From NCBI GenBank assembly GCA_002269645.1, contig NIVC01000391.1, forward strand, positions 571,207-635,206: a DNA stretch of 64,000 nt, in the 5' to 3' direction. Both the position numbers and the translations under genes were made by a program. Every line of letters begins with the position of its first letter. The first letter of the stretch is position 1. The stretch is from Macrostomum lignano. Lineage: Eukaryota. Under the pieces are notes generated by a model that saw nothing but the letters and a program-made list of their open reading frames with translations, made no database searches and was not told the origin of the DNA. This document shows, one piece after another, positions 1 through 10,660 of the stretch.

Positions 1-812
1 AGGGACGATTCTCAGTGTCTTCAGGGGTGATTCTCATAGTGTCTTCAGGGACGATTCTCACAGTGTCTTCAGGGACGATTCTCATAGTGTCTTCAGGGAC
101 GATTCTCATAGTGTCTTCAGGGGCGATTCTCACAGTGTTTTCAGGGGCGATTCTCAGTGTCTTCCGGGGCGATTCTCAGTGCTTTCAGGGACGATTCTCA
201 CAGTGTCTTCAGGGACAATTCTCATAGTGTCTTCAGGGACGATTCTCATAGTGTCTTCAGGGGCGATTCTCATAGCGTCTTCAGGGACGATTCTCATAGT
301 GTCTTCCGGGACGATTCTCATAGTGTCTTCAGGGACGATTCTCACAGTGTCTTCAGGGACGATTCTCATAGCGTCTTCAGGGACGATTCTCATAGTGTTT
401 TCAGGGACGATTCTCACAGTGTCTTCAGGGGCGATTCTTATAGTATCTTCAGGGGCGATTCTCAGTGTCTTCAGGGGCGATTCTCATAGTGCCTTCAGGG
501 GCGATTCTCAGTGTCTTCAGGGACGATTCTCATAGTGCCTTCAGGGACGATTCTCATAGTGTCTTCAGGGACGATTCTCATAGTGTCTTCAGGAGCGATT
601 CTCATAGTGTCTTCAGGGACGATTCTCATAGTGTCTTCAGGGATGATTCTCATAGTGTCTTCAGGGACGATTCTCATAGCGTCTTCAGGGACGATTCTCA
701 TAGTGTCTTCAGGGACGATTCTCATAGTGTCTTCAGGGACGATTCTCATAGTGTCTTCAGGGACGATTCTCATAGTGTCTTCAGGAGCGATTCTCACAGC
801 GTCTTCAGGGGC
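1..812. repeat. 24-bp minisatellite (GTGTCTTCAGGGACGATTCTCATA)n, truncated by window start
   Basis: Unit directly visible; explains the 8-aa periodic ORFs (MRIVPEDT, FRDDSHSV). Confidence 0.97.
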
Positions 813-979
813 AATTTGGAAAATAGCAGAAAGGCAGTAACGTTAGCACGCAGTGAGCAAACAAAAGTGTATTTATTTGGCAAATTTGAAGAACCAATTG
901 CAGAGTCACTACAAGAGTCACTCAAATCACTACAAATGACAAAGTATATTTCTATACATATCGGTAGACCGCCGTGCCG

Positions 980-1592
980 CTAAACACCGGCCTCCTCGGC
1001 GCCGTCTCCGCGAAAGCGCCGGACCGTCCTTGCCAGCCGGGCGATCTCGGCCGGGCCGACCCGGCAGCAGCCGCCGATCCAACGAACCCCGAGCTGCAGC
1101 CAATCAGAGACGAGCTCCTCCGTGATTGGCTCCTCGGCGCCACCGTAGTCTCCCAGATTCGGATAGGCCAGCAGGGTTTTCTCGGCCGCCGCCGGCGCCA
1201 ATTCCCGCGCCGCCCGGGCCACGTTTCTCGGCGCCACGATGCAGTTGACGCCCAGGCCGAACACGGAACCGCAGGACATCAGCAGGGGGTCGGCGGCTGC
1301 CTCGGCCAGCGACTCGCCGGCGCAGGTTTTCATGCCGTCGCGGCTGGCGAAGGACAGCCAGGCCGGCAGACCGGGGAACTCGCGCAGCAGCTGGACGACC
1401 GCGCGGGCCTCGCGCAGCGACGGCAGAGTGTCGAATGCCAGCAGATCGGCGCCCGCCGCTGCCAGGGCCTCCACGCGAGGTCGGTGCCAGCGGGCCAGGT
1501 CCTGCGGGCGGAGGCATGCCGGGATCTCATTGGGTTTGTCTGTCTGTCTGTCTGTCTGTCTTAGTGTCTGTCTTAGTGTCTGTCTGTCTGCC

Positions 1593-1661
<69 letters not shown>

Positions 1662-3375
1662 TCGCTAGAGAAATTCCATATCCAACAAATTAGAGACGCT
1701 CTCTAATCCAGGTGACTAACCTCCTCGGTCATGGACGCACAGTAGTCCCCGGTGAACTCGGACAGGTCGCACTGGGCCGCGCCGTACGGGCCGCAGGAGC
1801 CCGCAACCAGCACCCGGCGGCCGCAGCCGGACTCCTCCACTGCCCTCCGGGCCAGCCGGACCCCCGAGCTCAGCGCCTCTGCCGCCAGCGACGGCGTCAT
1901 CGAGTCCGGCAGCGCCTCCACGAAGCTGTCCACATTGGCCTGGTAGGTGTTCGTCTCGATCACCTCGGCGCCAGCGTCTATGAAGTCGCGGTGGATCGCC
2001 ACCACGAGCTCTGGGTCATCTAGCAGCAGCCGGCAGCTCCACAGGCGATGGCCCTGCGGGGATCGAGATGGCACCATCGAGATTGCAGATGTTGCTGCCA
2101 CTACAGTGCATTTCCTAACACCGCATTAACTCCCTCTAGGTCTGACTGTGGACAACCACTTCCTTCCCTGCCACTCAAGCGCGCCCACCTCCCTCCCTGC
2201 CCTTCCAGCACACCCACTTACTCCCTACCCTTCCAGCATACCCATCTCCCTCCCTGCGCCTCCAGCACACCCATTTACTCCCTGCCCTTCCAGCACACCC
2301 ATCTCCCTCCCTGCCCCTCCAGCACACCCATCTCCCTCCCTGCGCCTCCAGCACACCCATCTCCCTCCCTGCCCTCCAGCACACCCATTTACTCCCTGCC
2401 CTTCCAGCACACCCATCTCCCTCCCTGCCCCTACTGCACACTCATCTCCCTCCCTGCCCCTCCAGCACACCCATCTCCCTCCCTGCCCCTCCAGCACACC
2501 CACCTCCTTCCCTGCTCCTCCAGCACACCCACCTCCCTCCCTGCTCCTCCAACACACCCACCTCCCCTCCAGCACACCCACCTCCCTCCCTGCTCCTCCA
2601 GCACACCCACCTCCCTCCCTGCTCCTCCAACACACCCACCTCCCTCCCTGCTCCTCCACACACCCACCTCCCTCCAGCACACCCACCTCCCTCCCTGCTC
2701 CTCCAACACACCACCTCCCTCCCTGCTCCTCCAACACACTCACCTCCCTCCCTGCTCCTCCAACACACCCACCTCCCTCCCTGCTCCTCCAACACACCCA
2801 CCTCCCTCCCTGCTCCTCCAACACACCCACCTCCCTCCCTGCTCCTCCAACACACCCACCTCCCTCCCTGCTCCTCCAACACACCCACCTCCCTCCCTGC
2901 TCCTCCAACACACCCACCTCCCTCCCTGCTCCTCCAACACACCCACCTCCCTGGGCCCCTCCAGTACACCCACCTCCCTCCCTGCCCTTTCAGCACAAAC
3001 GCCTCCCTGCTCCTCCAGCACACCCAACCTCTCTCCGCGCCCCTCAAGCGCAGCCACCTCCCCACTGCCCCTCTAGCACACCAGATTCCTGACTCCCCGC
3101 CACTCCAGTGCATTCACATCTCTCATCCGCAGCCTCCCTGTTATTTAGGAGGCAGTTGCATTTGCATTGGAGGAATTCAGTGCATGTGCGAGTTATTCGC
3201 CTAAAGCAGCTGTTTTAATATCGCAATTCTCGTTACAAATTCCATAATTCCGTACTTTTCACACAGCCAGAAGCCAGCCAGAACTCACATCGATCTGCAA
3301 ATTGGATCGGTCAATAGCTTGCACCCCGAATCCGCCGTCAATCACTTTGATGCTATTCAAATCCTCTTGCAGCAT
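980..3375 (-). CDS. Homocysteine S-methyltransferase (MmuM/HMT family), 3 exons, 313 aa
   Basis: Exons 3289-3375, 1721-2053 and 980-1501 join in frame across two phase-0 GT-AG introns (942 nt). Family motifs: KVIDGGFG, LWSCRLL, AGAEVIETNTYQA, GSCGPYG, GVNC and the Zn-binding GGCC. Confidence 0.92.
1537..1660. repeat. (CTGT)n microsatellite in HMT intron 2
   Basis: Directly visible inside intron 1502-1720. Confidence 0.97.
2170..3075. repeat. C/T-rich minisatellite (about 30 bp, CCTCCCTCCCTGCTCCTCCAACACACCCA-like) in HMT intron 1
   Basis: Directly visible; source of the low-complexity Pro/His and Gly/Arg ORFs. Confidence 0.93.
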
Positions 3376-3829
3376 AACTGTACGACTGATTGATTGGCGC
3401 TGCTGCTGCTGCTAGACCGCAAAGCAGGTGAAAATTGCATGAAAATTGCAATAATTTCAATATTTTTCCAGATAGCTAGAGATGAAAATAGGTTTAAAAA
3501 TCTGCCCTGCTCTCAAATTTTTAGTAAACTCAGACAAAAAAAACCGGATATAAAGTCAAATAAACAGTTTGATCACGCAGATAGTGTAGCAAAACAAAAT
3601 AAACAGTTTAAAGTGCAAAGTGTGTTGTATTTACTAAATCAAATTCGGTGAAATGCACAACACTAAACTGAATTAAGCAAAGAATGGACTATTTAAAAGA
3701 TTAACAGTGCAGCTTAAAATTTAAAATGCGATAAAATTAATAAGCACCAATACAATAGGACTGTTAATAGCTATCTATTTTGACATGTGCTTTTTGAACA
3801 GACAAATGTTAATTTACAGACAAATGTTT

Positions 3830-5025
3830 ACAGACACCACTGTATCCTGTTTACTTTGCAGACACTACTGTAGCCTGTTTACAGACACTACTACAGCCTA
3901 TTTACAGACAATATTTTAGCCTGATTACAGACACTACTGTAGCCTGTTTACAGACACTATTGTAGCCTGCTTACAGACACTACTACTGTAGCCTAATTAC
4001 AGACACTACTGTAGCCTAATTACAGACACTACTGTAGCCTGATTACAGACACTACTGTAGCCTGATTACAGACACTACTGTAGCCTGATTACAGACACTA
4101 CTACTGTAGCCTGATTACAGACACTACTGTAGCCTGATTACAGACACTACTATAGCCTGATTACAGACACTACTGTAGCCTGATTACAGACACTACTATA
4201 GCCTGATTACAGACACTACTACTGTAGCCTAATTACAGACACTACTGTAGCCTGATTACAGACACTACTGTAGCCTAATTACAGACACTACTGTAGCCTG
4301 ATTACAGACACTACTGTAGCCTAATTACAGACACTACTGTAGCCTGATTACAGACACTACTACTGTAGCCTAATTACAGACACTACTGTAGCCTGATTAC
4401 AGACACTACTGTAGCCTAATTACAGACACTACTGTAGCCTAATTACAGACACTACTACTGTAGCCTAATTACAGACACTACTGTAGCCTAATTACAGACA
4501 CTACTGTAGCCTGATTACAGACACTACTGTAGCCTAATTACAGACACTACTGTAGCCTAATTACAGACACTACTGTAGCCTGATTACAGACACTACTACT
4601 GTAGCCTAATTACAGACACTACTGTAGCCTGATTACAGACACTACTGTAGCCTGATTACAGACACTACTGTAGCCTGATTACAGACACTACTGTAGCCTG
4701 ATTACAGACACTACTGTAGCCTGATTACAGACACTACTATAGCCTGATTACAGACACTACTATAGCCTGATTACAGACACTACTACTGTAGCCTAATTAC
4801 AGACACTACTGTAGCCTGATTACAGACACTACTACTGTAGCCTAATTACAGACACTACTGTAGCCTGATTACAGACACTACTGTAGCCTGATTACAGACA
4901 CTATTATAGCCTGATTACAGACACTACTATAGCCTGATTACAGACACTACTATAGCCTGATTACAGACACTACTATAGCCTGATTACAGACACTACTATA
5001 GCCTGATTACAGACACCAGTGTAGC
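3830..5025. repeat. 23/26-bp minisatellite (ACAGACACTACTGTAGCCTGATT)n between the CARD-DD and HMT genes
   Basis: Directly visible; some units carry an extra ACT. Confidence 0.96.
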
Positions 5026-5097
5026 CGTTTTACAAACGTTTTGGCCAGCATATACCAACTACACTACTGACACCAGTAGCATAAGCAGCGCATTCGG

Positions 5098-8000
5098 CTA
5101 CAAGCTGGCCAGCCGGGCAGCCAGTCGATTCAATTTCTGCTTTCGCAGGGCTCTCAGCAGAGCCGGCAGGCTGGCACCCTCGTATTGGGTGGACCACAGC
5201 CGCAGCGCATCGCAGCACTGGCCGCGCAAGTCCAGCGGTTGGCGCGCCTGCGCGCACTCGATGTCGTCCTCGGCGACGCCGAGATCGCGCGTTATGGCGC
5301 GCCAATTCTCCAGCGCCAACGCGTTTGAACAGACCAGCTCGAGATGGGCGCGGCTGATTGCCGGTTGCTGGCTAGCGGCACCGATGCCGGAGGGCTCCGA
5401 CTGCGGACTGACGGCCACGAGTGGTGGGATGGACACCTGCGAGATACCTGGGCGGTTGGGAAATTTGCTAATTTGTAACTGTGGTTTTGATATTCGCTGT
5501 TTAGAGTGAGATTTGCATATGAACTGGGGTGAGATTCGCCTACAAACTGGGGTGAGACTCGCCTACAAACTGGGGTGAGATTCGCCTATAAACTGGGGTG
5601 AGATTCGCCTACAAACTGGGGTGAGATTCGCCTATAAACTGGGGTGAGATTCGCCTATAAACTGGGGTGAGATTCGCCTATAAACTGGGGTGAGAGTCGC
5701 CTACAAACTGGGTGAGACTCGCCTACAAACTGGGTGAGAGTCGCCTTCAAACTGGGTGAGACTCGCCTATAAACTGGGGTGAGATTCGCCTATAAACTGG
5801 GGTGAGATTCGCCTACAAACTGGGGTGAGATTCGCCTACAAACTGGGATGAGATTCGCCTATAAACTGGGGTGAGATTCGCCTATAAACTGGGGTGAGAT
5901 TCGCCTACAAACTGGGGTGAGATTCACCTATAAACTGGGGTGAGATTCGCCTATAAACTGGGGTGAGACTCGCCTACAAACTGGGTGAGACTCTTCTACA
6001 AACTGGGGTGAGTCGCATACAAACTGGGGTGAGATTCGCCTATAAACTGGGGTGAGATTCACCTATAAACAGGGGTGAGATTCGCCTACAAACTGGGGTG
6101 AGAGTCGCCTACAAACTGGAGTGAGAGTCGCCTATAACTGGAGTGAGAGTCGCCTACAAACTGGGATGAGATTCGCCTATAAACTGGGGTGAGATTCGCC
6201 TATAAACAGGGGTGAGATTCGCCTACAAACTGGGGTGAGATTCACCTATAAACTGGGGTGAGACTCTTCTACAAACTGGGGTGAGAGTCGCCTACAAACT
6301 GGGGTGAGACTCGCCTACAAACTTGGGTGAGACTCGCCTATAAACTGGGGTGAGATTTGCCTACAAACTGGGATGAGACTCGCCTACAAACTGGGGTGAG
6401 ATTCGCCTATAAACTGGGGTGAGATTCGCCTATAAACTGGGGTGAGACTCGCCTACAAACTGGGGTGAGAGTCGCCTACAAACTGGGGTGAGACTCACCT
6501 ATAAACTGGGGTGAGATTCGCCTATAAACTGGGGTGAGAGTCGCCTACAAACTGGGTGAGACTCGCCTACAAACTGGGTGAGACTCGCCTACAAACAGGG
6601 GTGAGACTCGCCTACAAACTGGGTGAGACTCGCCTTCAAACTGGGATGAGATTCGCCTATAAACTGGGGTGAGATTCGCCTATAAACTGGGGTGGGATTC
6701 GCCTACAAACTGGGGTGAGATTCGCCTACAAACTGGGATGAGATTCGCCTATAAACTGGGGTGAGATTCGCCTATAAACTGGGGTGAGATTCGCCTACAA
6801 ACTGGGGTGAGATTCACCTATAAACTGGGGTGAGATTCGCCTATAAACTGGGGTGAGAGTCGCCTACAAACTGGGTGAGACTCTTCTACAAACTGGGGTG
6901 AGTCGCCTACAAACTGGGGTGAGATTCGCCTATAAACTGGGGTGAGATTCACCTATAAACAGGGGTGAGATTCGCCTACAAACTGGGGTGAGAGTCGCCT
7001 ATAAACTGGGGTGAGAGTCGCCTATAACTGGAGTGAGAGTCGCCTATAAACAGGGGTGAGATTCGCCTACAAACTGGGGTGAGATTCACCTATAAACTGG
7101 GGTGAGATTCGCCTATAAACTGGAGTGAGAGTCGCCTACAAACTGGGTGAGACTCTTCTACAAACTGGGGTGAGAGTCGCCTACAAACTGGGGTGAGAGT
7201 CGCCTACAAACTTGGGTGAGACTCGCCTACAAACTTGGGTGAGACTCGCCTATAAACTGGGGTGAGATTTGCCTACAAACTGGGATGAGACTCGCCTACA
7301 AACTGGGTGAGATTCGCCTACAAACTAGGGTGAGACTCGCCTACAAACTGGGTGAGACTCGCCTACAAACTGGGGTGAGAGTCGCCTACAAACTGGGGTG
7401 AGAGTCGCCTATAAACAGGAGTGAGACTCGCCTACAAACTGGGGTGAGACTCGCCTATAAACTGGGGTGAGATTTGCCTGCAAACTAGGGTGAGACTCGC
7501 CTACAAACTGGGTGAGACTCGCCTACAAACTGGGTGAGACTCGCCTACAAACTGGGGTGAGAGTCGCTTACAAACTTGGGTGAGACTCGCCTACAAACTT
7601 GGGTGAGACTCGCCTATAAACTGGGGTGAGATTTGCCTACAAACTGGGATGAGACTCGCCTACAAACTGGGGTGAGATTCGCCTACAAACTGGGGTGAGA
7701 TTCGCCTATAAACTGGGGTGAGATTCGCCTACAAACTGGGTGAGACTCGCCTACAAACTTGGGTGAGACTCGCCTATAAACTGGGGTGAGATTCGCCTAC
7801 AAACTTGGGTGAGACTCGCCTACAAAACAAGGGGGAGACTCGCCTATAAACTGGGGTGAGAGTCGCCTACAAACTGGGGTGAGAGTCGCCTACAAACTGG
7901 GGTGAGATTCGCCTACAAACTGGGGTGAGATTCGCCTATAAACTGGGGTGAGACTCGCCTACAAACTGGGTGAGACTCGCCTACAAACTGGGGTGAGAGT

Positions 8001-8621
8001 CGCCTACAAACTGTGGTGAGAGTCGCCTACAAACTGGGGTGAGAGTCGCCTACAAACTTGGGTGAGAGTCGCCTACAGCCTGGATGAGACTTGCCTACAA
8101 ACTGGGGTGAGAGTCGCCTACAAACTGCTACAGACTACATAGACTGGGATGAGCCACAGCACTCAAAAGGCTCAAATAACCGCTTCAAACTTCTCACTAT
8201 CGGCACGAAACTCCAGGGAAGCCGCTTTCAAAGCATCATCAGCAGCGACGCGGCCAATCCGACAAGCGGCATCGCCAACCAGCGGTGGAATGAGAGGCGA
8301 ACCGCAACCGACATCGCCTCCACCGTCAGCAACGGTGACAGACGCGGCGTCGGTGACCCGGCAGTCGGGCGGCTCGGCCAGCCAGCGATAGTCGGCCAGC
8401 AGGGAGTCCCTGAAGGTCGCCAGCAGCCGGTCGGAATCGCGCCAGTCGATCAGGCGGATCAGCCGGCGCACCTTGGCTTCGCGCGACGCCAGCCGGTCGA
8501 TCTCCAGCGCCTCGGCCGGGCTCAGCAGGCCGGGGCCGATTAGCCGGTCAAGGACGTCATCCGGGTGCAGATCAGCAGCAAGACGGTCGCGGGATTGGTG
8601 CAGCCAGGTCCGAAGCTGCAT
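5098..8621 (-). CDS. CRADD: CARD + death-domain adaptor (CRADD/RAIDD-like), 2 exons, about 257 aa
   Basis: Exon 8198-8621 encodes a CARD-like domain (RDRLAADLHPDDVLDRLIGPGLLS...KVRRLIRLI...FRDSLLADYRWLA). Exon 5098-5447 encodes a death domain (NWRAITRDLGVAEDDIE...DALRLW...LLRALRKQKLNRLA). Donor GTGAGA at 8197 and acceptor CAG at 5450-5448 give a phase-1 in-frame join (774 nt). The exact splice choice and orthology are inferred. Confidence 0.65.
5522..8120. repeat. 22/23-bp minisatellite (GAGATTCGCCTATAAACTGGGGT)n filling the CARD-DD intron
   Basis: About 2.6 kb of directly visible units. Confidence 0.97.
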
Positions 8622-8732
8622 CTGCTACTGTTAGTAGCGCGAGCTTATTTTAAATTATCAGAAAGCGATAAAACCACAATGTTGACTGAGTTCGCTTAAG
8701 AATGGTAGAGAGTTCAACCAGGTAGCTAGCGA

Positions 8733-9713
8733 ATGCAACCATACGGTAACCATAGAAACGAAATGCAACCATACGGTAACCATAGAAACCAAATATGCAA
8801 CCACACGGTAACCATAGAAACGAAATGCAACCATACAGTAACCATAGAAACCAAATATGCAACCATACAGTAACCATAGAAACCAAATGCAACCATACGG
8901 TAACCATAGAAACCAAATTCAACCATACAGTAACCATAGAAACGAAATGCAACCATACGGTAACCATAGAAACGAAATACAACCACACGGTAACCAAAGA
9001 AACGAAATGCAACCATACAGTAACCATAGAAACGAAATGCAACCACACGGTAACCAAAGAAACGAAATGCAACCATACAGTAACCATAGAAACGAAATGC
9101 AACCACACGGTAACCATAGAAACGAAATGCAACCATACGGTAACCATAGAAACCAAATATGCAACCACACGGTAACCATAGAAACGAAATGCAACCATAC
9201 AGTAACCATAGAAACCAAATATGCAACCATACAGTAACCATAGAAACCAAATGCAACCATACGGTAACCATAGAAACCAAATTCAACCATACAGTAACCA
9301 TAGAAACGAAATGCAACCATACGGTAACCATAGAAACCAAATGCAACCACACGGTAACCAAAGAAACGAAATGCAACCATACAGTAACCATAGAAACGAA
9401 ATGCAACCACACGGTAACCATAGAAACGAAATGCAACCATACAGTAACCATAGAAACGAAATGCAACCACACGGTAACCATAGAAACCAAATGCAACCAT
9501 ACGGTAACCATAGAAGACAAATGGAACCATACAGTAACCATAGAAACCAAATGCAACCATACGGTAACCATAGAAACCAAATGCAACCATACGGTAACCA
9601 TAGAAACCAAATGGAACCACACGGTAACCATAGAAACCAAATGCAACCATGTTCAAAATCAGATGCCTCTAGGAAACTAGAGAAACTAATGCCAACAAGG
9701 TCACCATAGAAAC
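8733..9713. repeat. 30/32-bp minisatellite, 30 units, most containing the X-box-like 14-mer GTAACCATAGAAAC
   Basis: Counted 26 perfect GTAACCATAGAAAC copies and 4 variants, plus a solitary GTCACCATAGAAAC at 9700-9713. Confidence 0.95.
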
Positions 9714-10262
9714 AAAATAGCCACGTACGTAAACAAGATAAAGGCAGAAACATTGACCCGGTTATATTATAAATCATAAATATTCATAACTAAAATTAGC
9801 GAATGCTTTGAAACTGTACTTTTCAGACAATAATATATTTAAATTAAACAATAATAACGCATGCAAAATGGACGAAATCATTCGTGATACGCGGTGTCGC
9901 AGGTAAGGTAGAAAATTAGGTCAGAAAAATTGTCAGAAAAGCGGCTTGTACGGGTAAAAAGTGCATGAATTTGGTGTTCAATTCCAAAACTAACAGGACG
10001 GTTCCGATCGCAAAAAGCTTGGAATGCAGATATTAAGGACGGGCTGATGTAATGGACGGACACGGTGAGAACTATAAATCAAGCAAAGCTTTATACAAAG
10101 CGGAACAAACTACTCAGTCAACAGGGAGTAAGTAGTACCTGCCGCTTCTGGAATTTAAACTTGATTACTTTTTAAAAAAGGCACAAAGTCAAATCGTGAC
10201 TACTTATAGTAGCTGCAGAGGAATAATTTTACGCTACAAATAGATTTTTGTGCTAAATAAAA

Positions 10263-10655
10263 GTCACGTGACACTTGATTTAACATTGAACGGAATGCCG
10301 TGACTTCTACTTTTAACTTTAAATTCTAGTTACAAAAACAGCTTGTTGCATCAGAGGAAACAGCTGACAGACAATTTGCGCAAGATTTAGTCTTGATACG
10401 CACTTTACAGTGGGTTTTACAGACTGCTAACAACTGATTTTTCCAGCGCACGATAAAGTCGCGTGACTAATTATGCGCTCAGGGTGTAAACAAGTCACGT
10501 GACTAAGTGAACATCCAGTGTGTACAATAAAGTCACGTGACTCGATCAACGCTAAATGGCCATTCAAGACAATTAGGTCACGTGACTACTTAAACACAGG
10601 GTGTAATAAAGTCACGTGACCAATTAACAACCAGTGCATAATCAAGTCACGTGAC
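10263..10655. promoter_or_regulatory. Cluster of GTCACGTGAC (CLEAR/E-box) palindromes just downstream of the STK36 stop
   Basis: Perfect copies at 10263, 10494, 10532, 10577, 10611 and 10646, variant at 10458. Regulatory function is unproven. Confidence 0.45.
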
Positions 10656-10660
10656 TTCCA

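Noticed and set aside
15-840. Several 70-170 aa ORFs with 8-aa periodicity
   Set aside because: Translations of a stop-free 24-bp minisatellite in multiple frames on both strands.
2048-3113. Long Pro/His/Ser-rich and Gly/Arg-rich ORFs
   Set aside because: They lie inside HMT intron 1 and derive from a C/T-rich array.
5522-8120. Regular repeat arrays (here, at 27445-30160 and elsewhere) as possible CRISPR arrays
   Set aside because: Units are head-to-tail with no unique spacers, there are no cas genes, and the context is eukaryotic introns.
8650-9777. Hydrophobic or Cys-rich repetitive ORFs (MVTVWLHFVS, CNHTVTIETK)
   Set aside because: Products of the 30-bp array in all frames.
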